Notes under the pieces: generated by a model | The model's database searches: none | What the model was told of the DNA's origin: nothing | Seen by the model: the letters and a program-made list of their open reading frames with translations, nothing else | Program-made: the position numbers and the translations under genes | Assembly: GCA_000708835.1 (NCBI GenBank) | Contig: DF237161.1 | Location: 23,880 to 87,879 of the forward strand | Direction of reading: 5' to 3' | Origin: Klebsormidium nitens | Lineage: Eukaryota; Plantae; Klebsormidiophyceae | DNA: 64,000 nt | In this document: in pieces, positions 47,096 through 60,958 of the stretch | How positions within the stretch are numbered: the stretch's first letter is position 1 | Layout of the letters: every line of letters begins with the position of its first letter

Positions 47096-48369
47096 TCGCG
47101 CATCATCCTTCCAGTGATCCTTCTTCTGTTAGATCCCACTCAAGCTGCTGTTTTCTAAACCCCACAATGCCTGCTGCGGCACACTCCTTTCGCTGTGCGT
47201 CCCTTGAGTATTTTCTACTTTAGCTGATGGTAGCAAAGTGACACGACTTGCTCGTGATTTGCTTCAGCTCGGAAAAGAAGAAGACCACCTGGGGCAAGGA
47301 ATCAAATCCACCCTGCGGCATATGGCAGGAAGTGTTGCATTGCTTTTGCCATTGCACCCCCTTGCCTTGGCTGATCAAGCGACAATCATGAACGGCTCTG
47401 ACAACGCAGGAAGACGCATGCGTAGTCCATCTACAGTGTGCAAGAACGATACAGGCTCCAGAGCGAGCTTGAAGGAGGTCCGCAGACACAGTCAGCATCG
47501 CCATTGCGCAGACCGTGACCTGCTTGAAGTTGAATGCGGCGCCACCAGTGCAAGCTCAACATGCGCTGATTGCTGACCGGTCACCGTACCACTCGGCGAC
47601 AGCGGAACGACGCCTCGCCCCGGCCAGTCGGTCGGCTAGGCTCAGACCCAAGTCAACTTCGAGGACCGTGGTTGTACGTCCCGGTACAGACTGTCTAAGA
47701 TCCGGTGACTCCGCGCGGAACGGAATGAAAGCAATGATTGGGTACGGCTGATGATTGTGCCGACGCTTGTCCTCTGCAGGTCATTTCGCCTCTGGTCTAC
47801 AAAGTATACAGAAACCTAGAGACGACGGTATTTTGCCACAGAGGAGAACGGCGTCATTGCGACATGGAAAAGATGCCGTACCGGAAATTTTGGTTGTCGG
47901 GACTCGGCACCTGTCAGAGGTTTTGGCGCAATGGCCTATACGGGCTATATGAGCTTACATCCCACTACTTATTTGCAAGTGACGGAGAGAATTTAGATGG
48001 TTGTGAAGAGATTTTGGCCTCGATGTTCCCTACGTTTGAATACGTAATTTGCTGCATAGCTTCTCTCCTATTTCAGTATGAGGTAGCATCGCGCCATTCG
48101 CGCGACTCGATCTTTCCACCCGAATATTTTTACCTACAATTCGACGACAAAACTCGGGCAAAATTACGGTAGCAACTTGGTCGGAAGAAGCTGCAACGTT
48201 TGCGGATCTTGTTCAGAGTTCTGCGAGCCTGATGAGATACCTGCACGAGCTTGAGGCTGTGTCATGATTACAGCCGTGGTGCTCGGCGCTCCCTCAACGT
48301 GAGATATGGTGTAAAGTTTCTGTACATGGTAGTTCGAGTTCCAGGCGCTCTGCCGAAGCGTCGTTGAGG

Positions 48370-51300
48370 ATGTCGTCCTTGGCGGTTGTACGGGCTTTGC
48401 AGTCAAAGGACCTTGAGCTGGACAGGTGAGAGCATCTGAAAGGGATGGTACAACCTTCCATCAACCTAATCTGCCAGCTTCATGTCCGGTATGCGGCATT
48501 CACCATGTGCTCCAGTGTGCTTCATCTGTCGCCTTGATTCATATCGCTCTGTGGCCCTGGAGCCTGCCGTTACCATGCTGATGGGATGATGGTGGGAAAG
48601 GGGGTGGAGGCTTGGCGACAGCATTAGGTTTTGCGTAGATTGCACATTCAGGAGCACCGTAAATGCCGCAGCTGCTTTTCTTTCCTGGTGAAGGATCACA
48701 TGGTCACAGGCTGCGGAAGCGGCTTGCGGACTTCAAAGTGGCTTCATCATTTTGCAGGTTGTGCTGTCCAATGCATATAAGACATGTCAACTAAGGTCTT
48801 CCTTACTAGAGATTCTCTGCCTGTCTTGCAGGAAAGTTGAGATTGCATGGGGCGCTCGCTGTCTAGTGGAGCAGATCTTCTCTGAGGCCGATGCTCCCTC
48901 AGTGGGCCTCATTGGACACGTGCACCTTCTTCGATATCTGTTCCAATGGACGTTGTCCACTCTCACAAGGACGCTAGAGGGCGCAAAACCGTCCAAGCAA
49001 GCCACCCAGCCAGGGGGCACTTCTGCAGAGCGTGACAAAACTAGCACAGCAGCAAGTCAGTCAGGCACTAAGAAACAGAAGTCAACGGTGCACGTGGTGG
49101 ATGTGTCGCAGATTGTGAAATCTAGCGCACAAGCAACTCTGGGCGAGGGGGCGTCACATGTCTTAGATTTGAGACTTTGGGAAGTCTTGAGAGCCTGCCT
49201 TCTGTCTGGAAAGTTGGGGAGTGATGCCCCAATCAATGCAGCCCTCCTCCAGGTGGGTGCGATCTTGCAGCAAGGAGTGCTCCTGAAGATGCATATGCAT
49301 GGATTTTTTCTTCCATTGAGAGTTGGTTCCTGTGTCGGGGTAGCCGCAGAGCGGCTTAATTACGAAACAAGGTGGTGATCTTAACGGAGGTTCAAACAGG
49401 GTGGTGCGGAGCCTTGCCACTGAGAACATGGAAACATTTCCCTTGTTGCATCCTGTTCTCTAGTACGACGGAGTGGGGGCCTATGGGCTTGCCCCACAAT
49501 TACCATCTGTGTGTAATCATAGGCCTTTCCACGTGCAGGCGGTTTCTGCTGTTCTTTCCCTCAAAGGGCCTGAATACAGTGCCCCGCGAGAGGTGCAGGC
49601 TGCAGCAGATCTTGACGTGGTTATCAGCGCCATCCTGACAGTCCTTTCCACCAGATTCGCGAGGTCCTTCCGACCAAGGTGCGCAAGCAGACACGCCTTG
49701 GCTGTGAAGGCTTGTAAGGCACGACTCGATTGCATACACCCCCTGTAGCATAGGTTCAATGGGATCGGATGCGTTTGTCAGCAAGCCCCCTGACATTTAC
49801 ATCCGAGCAAGTACTCGACAGGCCATGCATCACGAGATAGTTTTCTTTCGATGATTTGCACTTCCAAACCTTCGACTCTGAAGGTGCACGTCTGCTCATT
49901 GTCTTCTCCAGGCAAGCATTTCGATTGCCTAGAGTGACCAGATGCACCTTTGAACAATCCCTTGAAGGTTCAATCAAACTTCTGATCAGGCCTGGTTGTT
50001 CCTTGAACACTCAATTTGTGTAAATAAGCCACTCAACTTAGGTTAACTAATCGATCTACACGTAAGACGGATTCAGGAAGTGTCAAGTGTGTCATGGGCA
50101 AACTCGTCACGTTGTTCTGCAGCTTGGAGCAGTGGGCTGCCGCCACAGAAGTGGCTCTCAAGCATCCCCTGCTTTCTTGCACAAGCAGCCCCATCCTTGG
50201 CTCACCCCCTGGGGGCCAGACAATCCTTCTGATTCTCCACGGTCTAAACGCTGCCTGTCGGGCGCACGCCAATCCCAGAAAGGTCTTCACACTCCAGGTC
50301 GACAGGCTGTTGACGCCGGTGTTGACAGCGCGCTTCAGTCTCCAGGGAGCCATCTGGGAGAGAATAACCTCTGGTCATGGCCCGTCAACAGAAGCGATCA
50401 TTCTCGAGAACGGCTCTGGGAAATGGAAGGGCGGCTGGGCGGAGGAAATGCTGCGGGTGCTCGAAAGTATACTGGAAGGGGGGCTGTTTCATGGGGCGCA
50501 TGTTGCGGGATACTCAGAAGTTTGCCCGTCACTGGAGGACTCACGGCAAACAGACGGAGCCGCAGAGACGGGTGAAGATGCAGACGGAAGGGATGGCGAA
50601 GAGGGAGGGAGTCGGAAGAAGAAGCGCAGGACCGCGGAAATGGAGACAGGGGACGAAGGGGCCAAGGCGAAGCTGGCCAGTTACCACCGCCTGCTGTTCC
50701 AGGCGCTGGAGGTCGGTGTGAATGAGCGCGACCAGGCGGTGATTGGCAGCCTGGACTGGTTCCTGAGGGCTTATGTGGAAGCAGGCAAGCGGGAGCAGAA
50801 GGACGACCCGGGTCGAAATAGCAGGTTGGTTCCTCAATGGTTCGCCTTTAGCACTATTACATGAAGGTCTGCTGTATGTGAACCCTTTTCATTGGAAGAG
50901 CGTTTGCGGAAGGGGGAAGGGATTCAATGGTGAGTCTGGCCTGCTGCGATGTCTTGTCGTGAGCCTCGAAATTCCAACCAGGTATTGTGCTTCAGATCTT
51001 TTGACCGAGTTTTTTGCCAAGCTGTGCCGTTTTTCGCTGGTCACTGTCATCGGCTCTTTCCCTGAGACCTGCCGACGTTGCACCCGACATCGGCTTCGTT
51101 CGTGGCCAGTGCGGAGGAAGGAGCGGGCCTCCTGACTGAAGTTAACCCCGAGGAGGGAGCCCCCCCCAAGACGGCAACATCCGAAGGAGGCAAGAAGAAG
51201 CGGGTGCCGGGGAGCGAGGCGACGTTCCGGGTGTTTGCGGAGCTCATGCGGCCCCTCCTGCAGCAACTAGAAGCGGGAGTACGCAACGCAGAGGTGCTGC

Positions 51301-54300
51301 TGGGAAGCATTCGGGGGTGCCGCCTGTTGCTGGCTGCCGCGAACGAGGTCAGTCTGTGTTTCCTGGCAGAATTGTCATCCTGAAAATTCAATTCGTCCAC
51401 CCAGGATATTGACTCCTGACGCAGAGCGTTGCAAGTCTTCGTGAGTGTGACGGATGTCATCCTTCAGTCGGCTCTTGGACTCGCTTGGGGATTAAAGGCT
51501 CGAGGGAGGATTCAGCTGCAACATGGCTGGCCGTCTATGCGACGGCAAGGGCTCGCCTCTTCCGTTGATTATAATTTCGATCCACGGTTGGTAATTCGCC
51601 TTGGCATCTGTCGTCGAATCCTCTTTTTAACGGTATGAATTTGTTAGTGGTGACACCAGCCACCCGAGCAAGCGCACAATTTCGACGTCGAAGGCCGTTG
51701 ACATGCACGAAGCCCGACACTAAAGCCCCCACCGTGCAGCGTTCGGACCAAAATGTTCGATTCTTAAGCGCTGACTGCGCCGCCCGCGCAGCCCAGACCG
51801 GGAAAATCTCGCACCGTTATATGGTCAAATATAGAGACCCAGACTGTACGTTTTATCGTCGAACACAGCCAACCCAAGCAGGTCGAACGGCAGGCCCGCG
51901 CCGCGGCGTCGTACAGTGGCCGAAATGCCGATCCCTATGGTTCGTCTCTTCCTAAGAGGAAGAGGCGAGCCAATATCCGCATTCTCCAACCTCTTGGCGT
52001 TCTTCAACTCCCAGGCGCCTTCAAACTTTCTACGAAGCGGTTCGCTGAAACACCTTTCGCATCCTTGAGACGATCACGTGCTTTTGCTTAATTCGACTGT
52101 TTGCTTTCCAACCTCGGAGAACCTCTTTTTTCCACATTCAAATTGAGGCGAAATGGTACTGACGCCTGCCGCTGCCTGTTTATAGGTGCACGCTTACATC
52201 CCAACCGAAGACACTCCCTCTCGAGCGCACTACCGCTTCCTGGACCGCGCCAAAGCTGCGGTTTTCGACATCGCCCATGCACCATCCAGCTCATCCCCGA
52301 TTGTGCAAGCAGACCCCCTCAGGTTTGCAGCGGCTTCGGCCCCCAGAATCCTACCTGCCCCCCTGGCCGGCCAAATCCTGGGCTTTCTCTTGGTGCTCTT
52401 GGAGACGGAGTATCGAGTCTTAGACGGCGACCTGGTGCGGCTGTGGAGCCTGCTTCTCCAAGCTGCGGAGATGGGGGCCGAGCGTCTTTCGGAGGGGGTG
52501 CCTGTACCGAACGGACGCTCATCCGAGCTCGTCAACGGGTGGCTGGCCGCAAAAGCCGTCCGACTGGGGAGCCGGCTGCTCGAAGTATACGGTGACCTGC
52601 GACAGGTGAGGAACGGGTCTCGTCTTTCTTAGCAGTCCCCTTGAGATACACGTCCGTACTCACATGCCGCTGTTTTGCGGCTTCCTGGGTCACAAAGAGA
52701 AGGCCGATCAGTCTCGTCTGGAGCACATGTCGATTTCAAGAATGATAAGGCTTCTTGAAAGCGTTAAGTGTATAAGAGCCGTCCCTTCGTCGTGCTGTCA
52801 GCACTGAAGCATTTTGTGGTTCGCTGGCCCTGCATCCTGAAGAACAAGGTTCCCTGTTTGGGGAAGTCTTGCCTTTGCCTCTTCCCTCGCTTTGTAGAAT
52901 CGTTTGATTTTGTCTAATGCCCTTGAGAGTGTAGACACGGCCCGAAGACAAGCTTGTGGTCGTGGGCCACCCCTCCATTTAGAATTTCCAAGCACTCAGC
53001 GTCGTCGTCCGCTTCTTGCGAGTTCCCAGTACCAGGTTAGACGCTCTGCAAGCACCCGGCGTCGAACGTGGTCGGTTGTTGAACTTGGTTGTCCGCTTTC
53101 CGAGCCAAGGACTTTTCCCCTGCCACCTGGAAAACAGAGCACGATCCGTCGCTTCCCCCGTGACTGACGCAGCAGTCTTGTACTTTTGCAGGGGGAGCAC
53201 GTCCTAGCCACCCTTACTGAAGCCCTCTGCGCTTACTCCTCCGGGGGGCCGTCCCTGCTGGTGTGCTCGGCCCCCTTCTTGACGGCCCTCTCCAGGCTGG
53301 TGCAGAAGCTGCCCATGGGGCAAGCGGCCCCTGTGCTGAGGATGCTGGCGCGGGACCAGGGGACGCTGCTGGAGGGCCTTGGCTCAGGTGGGCTGCTTGC
53401 GGAACTTTTGCAAGGTTGTGCATACGTCTTGGGTTTTGGTTTCTCACGACTTATCTGGTGGAAAGGCTGGGGTCGGCGCCGTCAATTCAGTTCGAAGTTC
53501 CCCCCATCAAACTTAACATGCATCACACAAACAAGGCTCGTTTTGCGAGCCTCCTTTCCTTTCTTTATTCCAGGCAGTTCAACGACGAGTTTGGCTAGCA
53601 GTGATGCCGTCGTTTAATGCAGAACAGTATGAGAGTCGTCAAGGATGACGAGCACAAGATTGATGCAACCAACACAGACACTCGCAAATGTTTGATTGTG
53701 GAAGACATATTTTGTCTTTGGCTAGAATCTGACTTCATCTTCTCAACACAGGGAGTGGGTGCCAGTCTCTTCCGGCCCTGACCGAGCTCCACGTGTCCAT
53801 CCTGGACAACATCCACGTCACCGAGGGCAACGCCGTCGCCATTGGCTCGGCCGCCCGTCAACTCCTGCATTCTGCGGTGGCCCCGAACCTCGGCCCAAAG
53901 CTGCACGCCTGGGCCCAAAGCGGGTCGGAAGCCGCAACAACTGCTGCTATTCTCGGGGACATAGAAATTACTAGCCGGAAGAAAGCGAAACGGGAGAGGT
54001 CGAATGGGGTCGAGCCGAACCAGGGGCGAAGGAAGAGTGAGGAGGGGTTCGAGCAACCGGAGGACGCGATGCTGCTTCGACTGTTCCTGTCTGCGTGGAG
54101 CCTGCACGAGCATGCGGTCGGTTTGATGCCCCCAGCGGCTGCAACGAAAGCGTCGGCTGCCCTTCTAAGTTTGGAAGCTTCTCGAAACTCTGACCGGGGG
54201 GAGACGCTAGCTGACGAGAGTGCCGGCCATCCGAGCAGCGAAGGGGAGCGGAGCATCTTTGCAGCGATTGGGTGCGGTCATGTGCGTTTAGGCACGGTTA

Positions 54301-57300
54301 CAAGGTCACTTGGCGGCAGGTCAGTAGCCCCTTCATTACGGTATGCTCTGGACTGCACAGTCCTGCACGAGCTAGAGAGGTTAAGCCGGGTCGTGAGGCG
54401 GTTAGAGGTGGGGTTAGCAGACGCGCGCAGCGGCGAGCTCCTTGGATCCCTCCCCTCAGAGCTCGAGTCTCTGCTCCGGTTCCTTCTCTCGGTCCAGCAG
54501 TCAGATCAGGAGAAAAGCCGCGAGGACGTAATTCTAGATCCGCACGCTTCACCTCTAGGGCCCAAGCAGTCAGAGAAGAAGCGTAAAGCCACACCCTCCT
54601 CCAGCACGCCAGCAGCAGCCCCGCCATTGAACGGCTCCGAGTCCACCCCCGCCACATCAGACGGCTGGGATGGAGTCGTGTCCAAACTGACGGACCGCAG
54701 CTATCCGGCTGCTAAGTGGCGCCTCGTCTGTCAGTCCGTCGACTTGTGGGCTCCGCTGGCGGGCCCTGCTGATTGCACCGCGTTTCTGGAGCGCGTGCTG
54801 GAGACGATCGAGAACGGGAGAGGAGAGCCCAGTGCTGGGGTGTCGCAGGCAGAGCCGGAAACGCTTCCGGTTCAGGGAACTGCGGGGCTGGAGAAGAGCA
54901 GTCTAGAAAAGCTCATAGCCGGAGAAGTGAGGCAGGAAGTGGCCCTTGCAGAGCCCGTCCGCGTTTGCACAGTGCAAGCCTCGACGCTGGAGCTGTTGCG
55001 AGAGGCCGCCTTCTTCGAGCAAGCGGCGTTCCAGGCGCAGCTGCCACACCTCGTGCTGGACGAGCTGTGGGCTTGTGCGTCGGCCGCCACTGCGCAGATC
55101 CGCAGCCGGAAACAGGGGCCGGACTCTTGCTCAGCCGAAAAGACGGCACTGACGTCACTAGGTAGCTCTAAACGAGGTCAGCGAAGGGATGAGTGGGGGG
55201 GCCGAGAGGTGTTTGGGTCTGCGGCGACGCGGGGCGGTTCGGAAGACGAGCGCGAGGAACTGCCAGCCCTGGAGCGGTGCAACGCGCTGCTGAAATTCCT
55301 CAGCAGACTGGGCAGCGGGTTTCTGCTGCCAGGGGACGTGGGGCGATCGCTCGACGTGCTACTGAGGATAGAAAGGTCAGCAGCATCTATCTTCATATCC
55401 GAGTGCCGAGGAAAGACGGGGATTTGTTTTTATTGGTGCAACGTCCATCTGTGCTCGTTCGTTCTGCTGCCATGTGCAAGATCAGACCTCAAACTGCTCT
55501 GCTTCCAGTGCACTGATCGACCAACATGACTCTTGTCGAATATGTCTTTGTTGAGAGCAATTTGCTTCTCCAAAGCTTGAGGACTTCCTGCAACCCACCT
55601 TCCGTACCGACTTGAGCCAATTCCTCTTTGCAGGTGCCTCCTGTCCGTCGCTCAGTCTGCATCTCCAACGCCTTCCGAGCGCCTCGCTCTGCTGGCCTCC
55701 ATTGCACTGAGCCGCGCCACCTTCGCGCGCATCCTGGCGAGCAACCCGGCGTCGCTTTTCCAGCTGCCCCATCCCAGTGTCTCAAACAGTGGCCCCAGCA
55801 AGACAGCGGCCGCTTCGAAGGACCCAGCGGTGCCTTCCCTCACGAACACTTTTGAGAATAGTAAGAAGGGATCGGAGACCCTCGGGATAGGGACGCGGTG
55901 GGGCAAGGAAGAAGTTGAGGGGTTTTTGAAAACTGTGGAGGACTGCGCACGGGCTGGTGTGGATGCCTCCAGCTTGTCAGTAGCTTCGGTGATTGTCTCT
56001 ACGAAGGGAAGTGTTCACACCCTGGCCTCGAGCGCACTGGAAGCGGCGGGTTTCGCACCCCTCCGCATGGGGACGGGGGACTTGGGACCAACGATTGGCC
56101 CCGCCCTGGAGCGGGGGACGACTACAAACCAGGTACGAAGCGGGCAGTCTGCAGACCCTGAGCAGCTAGGCAGCGGGTTTTTGGAGTCGGCTTTCGAGGC
56201 AGTTTCGCGGCAGACTAAGCAGGCAAATCTGTTCCTGGTTGCGGAGCAGACTGAGGGGGCCTCTCTGAGGCGACGCCCCCGTCCGGAGTCGGGCCCCGCC
56301 AGTCTGCTGCCGAGAACCCTGCTGCTCGCAGCCAAGCAGCGGGGAACAAGTCAGGGGACCGCTCAGCAGGCGGCGGACGGAGTGGATGGGAGGGGAGAGA
56401 GAGCATCCCTGATAGAAGAAAAACAGCGGGGGGATGACGGGGTGCAGGCAGCAAGCAGAAACGGAAGCGAGGGGCCACAGCGAACGGGGGACCATGCCGT
56501 GGGATGGGCCGAGGCTGCGATCGCTGCCGCGGGTGCGGGGGCTCTTTTGAAGGCTGTGGAGGAGGTTATGGAGCAACGGGAGCAGGCGTGTCGAGTCGAG
56601 CGGGAGGCGGAAATGACGTGGCACGCGCCGGACGCCACGTGGCAGGCTGCGATCGACCGTTTGGAAAGCGGTGTGGTCGAGTGCCTTTCGAAGCTGATTG
56701 GAGGGCAGGACCCAGCGGCAGGAGTGGTGGAGGGCGGACTGGGTGTAACGTTGACGGGCGAGAAAGGAAAGGGCAGACGGGTTCTGCGGGGCAGTCTGGA
56801 GGGGCTGGAATATATTTTTGCGGAAGGGAATGATGAGAACGGCCGGGTGAGCGAAGTGGAGGGAGGTCTCAGAAGCCGCACTGTTGCCGGTGGGGATGAA
56901 ACTTGCCGTGCATTCAGTGACGAGCTCCTTACGGACACTGGAGCAGTGGCAGAATTGAAGCGGATTGTGGTGGGGGAGCTGTTCGCAGCGGTGGGGTCTG
57001 TGGTGCGGATCCGCAGCCTCTTAGTGTCCACTCACGTCCGGAAGCTGAGCCCAGGGAACGAAACGACAGCGCAGCTGGGAAGCAGCCCTGCAGAGGGGGC
57101 CGAAAAGGGACTGAAAGAGGGGGGAAAGACGTTGGACGTTGTGGAGAGAAAGGGAACGGACAAAGGGTCGAAAAGGAAGAAGCGGAAAGGAGGGGAGACT
57201 GATGGGTCTGGTGTTGTCGATGACAGCCCTTCTGAGCATGGGAGGAACGGAGATGAAGCTACTGAGCCGGGAAGTAGGAAAAAGAAACGGAGAGTCTCGC

Positions 57301-60300
57301 AAGAAGCAGGAGAAGTCGAAGACAGGGAAGTTAACCCGCCCGCAGTACTTGACAGCGCTGTCAGCGGCCCGAGTCCCGCCCTGGCGACCCTCGGGCGTCA
57401 CCTCGCAGCGGCGAGCGACGTCGTCACTTCGTTCCTCCAGCGCGCGAGTCACGTATCTGCATCGCGTGGAAGCGGGACTCTACAGCGGCCGGAGATCACA
57501 GTAGAAAGCGCGCAGATGCTCGCGCACGTAGTCGACTTCCTCGAGGCCGCTGGCGGATGCTTTCCCCTCCTCTACCCCGCACCTCCGATCGCCGCTTTCG
57601 ACTGGCTCGTCGAAACCCACCTTGCCCTGTTTGGAGTCTCAGCCACATCAACGTCGAGGCTTCCCAGCAGGCCGCAGACTGGCGGGCTGGAAGCCGCGCT
57701 TTCTGCCGTCCGATCTAGAGCGGAGGCGTCGTTTGGGACGTTGATCCGGGGAGCGTCCCGGCAGCAGCTCCTGCGCATGTTCCAGGCGGTGGAGAAGGAC
57801 ATGGCCAACGGAGACGGGGGCCCGCGGACCGAGGCCGCCGTGGGGGCGCTGGCAGTAGTGCTGGAGTCTGTGTCAGGTATGGCTTCTCATATCCGAATAG
57901 GTGTTCTTAAGTAAGAACTGGGCATTATCGAAATCTCGCTCTGGCTGCAAGATGGTCGAACGAGTGTCAAGTGGTCGTGAAGGCATGTGAAATGCACCTG
58001 TGCTTTAATCGTTTTTTCACTGCCTCCTCGACTTTCGTCGTTCGGAGATGTCTGGTTATCTCACTCGAAGAAGGGAAAAAATGGAAAAAAAAATCTGCGT
58101 CGATACTTTGTCAAACCAAGCCCAGGTGACAATAAGTTTCAAAAATCGTGCCAGCAGCACGAACAGCACGTCTCTTATTTTATTCACCTCCTTTCACACT
58201 CGGTCAACATGATTCATTAAACCTGCTTTCGAAGTAACACTTAGCGGTCTTCTGTATCTGTGCAGGTCCAAAAAGCCTCCGGCTTCTCGCGAGCCACGCC
58301 CCCCGCCTGCTTTCCGTCCTCTTCTCCGTGATCGGGTCCGCAGCAGGCCACGGCGAACCGTGGGCGGCTAGGTCAGGAGGCCTGCTGACGTCAGCGCTGC
58401 AGGTGCTGACGACCTTCGTGTCAAGAGAGGTTCTTTTCCCGCTGACTGCGGCCCAGGTGGGCCTGGCGCTCAGTGTTCCGGCAACCCTCTTCTCAGCCAG
58501 CCAGGCCCTGACTCGTGGCAGCCAAACCCTCCCCTTGCCGACCGCACCAACCTCAGTCCCTTTACCCACGCCCGCACCGCCGTCCAAGAGCAGCTTCGAA
58601 GGCACCGCCCAGGTAGCTCCGATAGGTGCCAGCTCAGCGCCTGGCGCTAACGTGGCGGCAGGAGAGTGCGCCACGCTGTGCTCGGCGTCGCGGCTCCTGC
58701 AGGCCGTTCTGCGGCACCGGCCAAAGGAGGTGCGGCGGTGCGCGGCGCTCCTGGTGGGCTCGCTTCAGGCCATGCTGCAGGCCATCGCAGCGTGGTCGCA
58801 GGATGCCGTGCGGCAGGAGGCTGCCGGGACTGCCTGCGCCGCACTGAGGCGGGTCTACGAGGAGGTGCGCTATCATTGCAAATAGCCTGACTTCAGACAG
58901 TGTCAACATCTTTCCTGTGGAAAGATTCACTTGCACTGTGTTTCAGGAGCGGGGCATTCAAAAGACATTTGGGAGGCAACTCTGTCTGCTCATTCTGGAG
59001 TTGGAGGGGCGTTCGCATTTGTTGGGCCTTGCCAAAGTCGTTAGCGGAGACGTGCTGACAGACGTATGCAACATTTGTGCTCAAACTTGTCGTCGACGTC
59101 AGCTTGCCTTTCACCCTCGTCACACCCCACCAGACCAGGTTGTAGGTAACAACTTGCGTTCTTACTGCCAGGACTCTCATGCAAACTCTGTGGCTGCGTG
59201 TTGGTTTTGCGGCTCGTCTCCGGCCCTCAAGAGTGCCCGCAATGAGTTGCTTCCCAATGGCACAAGGCCATTCAAAAGCACGCTGAAGAAGACCGCTGCT
59301 TCCGTCTCCAGTACTCAAGAGAACTCTGTCGCCAGCTCGAATCGTGCGTGTTTCGATTTAAAGTCGTTTCGTGGCTGTGCCGCAGGTGGGCAACCACAAG
59401 GCGTCGCTGAGCCACTACTGCGTGCACATGCTGGCCGACTACCTCGCCGCGCTCTGCGGCCTGACCGCCTCCAAGGACGCCATCAGCAGGTGCGGGCCGC
59501 AGCACTCGTTAGAGAATCGTTCAGTCCATCGCTCTGTTGATCCAAACCTGCGAATGGCGAAGACGCTTGCTTTTCTCAATCAGTCCTGGCTCGCTCCGGA
59601 GGCCGTCGCATGTAGATGCGTCAGCTTCTAAAATCGACGTCTTATTTCTTGCACGTGTCGTCTTGTAACTTACCGAGGACGGCTGTTCTCTTTCGTCTTG
59701 AGCTCATTGTGGATTCGCTGTGGCAGGGACGCCGCGACGACGCTCCGGTCCGGCATCTTTGCGCTGTTCGACTCGTGCTCGCCGTACGATCTTCAGCAGC
59801 TGCACGCCAGCCTGGGGGCAGGTCAGTAGCCAGCTCCGTGCACTGTGCTGTGGAGAGCTGGTCCAACACTTACAATGTCTTGTCATTTTCCGGAGGTGAC
59901 CGGCCGCCTTAGATGGGGCACTTGAATGAGGGCTCAGTGACAGAAAGGAATGCATCGGAGAAACACAGTTAGTCTTCGTCAAAAGTCGGCTTCTCTTGAA
60001 GTCCCAATATCACATTATACTGGGATGGTTGAGTTTGACTAATGCTTCCGCGATTGGAAGAGAGGGCGTGTGCACCGACTTCGAAGTGTCTGTGCCGTGA
60101 GACTGACAGCTTGTTGAATATCTTTGCACCTTTGCTGTGCTCACAACTTGAGAGATGCACGAGCGGGTATCAGGTGCCAAAGGTACCATTTGCAAAACCG
60201 GGTTAGGTCTTTTTATCGAGTTCGATCATCGTTCATGGTGCAGATGCGACGAGAAGGAACGCGCTGGCGGCTCTTCGCCAAGACTACGAGAAACGTCACA

Positions 60301-60320
60301 AGTATACGGGCAAGGTTTAA
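48370..60320 (+). CDS. URB2: URB2/Npa2 nucleolar pre-ribosomal-associated protein 2, multi-exon; start tentative
   Basis: N-terminal ALQSKDLELDR|KVEIAW and LDLRLWEVLRACL. Long helical-repeat-like exons. C-terminal Urb2/Npa2-like region CAALRRVYEE|VGNHK...TLRSGIFALFDSCSPYDLQQLHASLGA|DATRRNALAALRQDYEKRHKYTGKV*, with TAA at 60318-60320. Confidence 0.85.
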
Positions 60321-60958
60321 ACTGTGACACACCGAGCCAAAACTGGGGTATCATCCTAGCGGGCTGCACGTGTACGCCGCTCCAACTTTTAGTCAGAAGC
60401 AGGTTCTAGCTTTTCCTTTGCGGCCGGGGCTGTAAAGATTAATTGTCTGCATTCGTGGCCGCTCGCACAACCAAGCACGCCAAATTTGTGCATGACTAGT
60501 TTAGTAGGTTCACTGAAGTCAAACTGGTCCAGCGCCGCCCAAGCCTTGTCGTTGTACTCATGGTGACGGCTTCAATCGGGCCCCGATGTTTTGGCCACAG
60601 CTTGCGGTACTTGGACACTCTGTCTCTTAGGATTGACGGTCACAAACTTCCAACTGGCCCATCCACCATCGTCACGGTTGTTATGCGCATGTGGTGATGC
60701 AGCTTCAGTGTGGTCTGACAGCCTCTTCCCCGCAACTTGCCATGGTCGATCGCCATGGTAGTGCTTGCAATGGAGCACCGGCTACAGCAGTACTTGTGTG
60801 ATCGTGGAACTCCGCGCCAGCCCGGCCGCCATATTCTGACAGGGTTGTCAAGTTACTCGCCCATTAAGCGTTGGCGGCATGTGTCGATCACGCGCAGTCA
60901 ACGCCTCGACATACATACGTGATCTACTAAGTTGTGGTATGCAGGGTCTACTAAAGCA

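Noticed and set aside
46134-47139. ORFs of about 300 aa spanning the third gap
   Set aside because: They consist almost entirely of X residues from Ns.
47738-48172. 144-aa plus-strand ORF upstream of URB2
   Set aside because: It has no ATG start, no recognisable domain and non-coding-like composition. It is probably leader or promoter sequence.
53644-53732. Possible box C/D snoRNA (ATGACGA...CTGA) in a URB2 intron
   Set aside because: The C box is imperfect, the terminal stem is weak and I recognise no rRNA-complementary guide. A snoscan/Infernal search would settle it.
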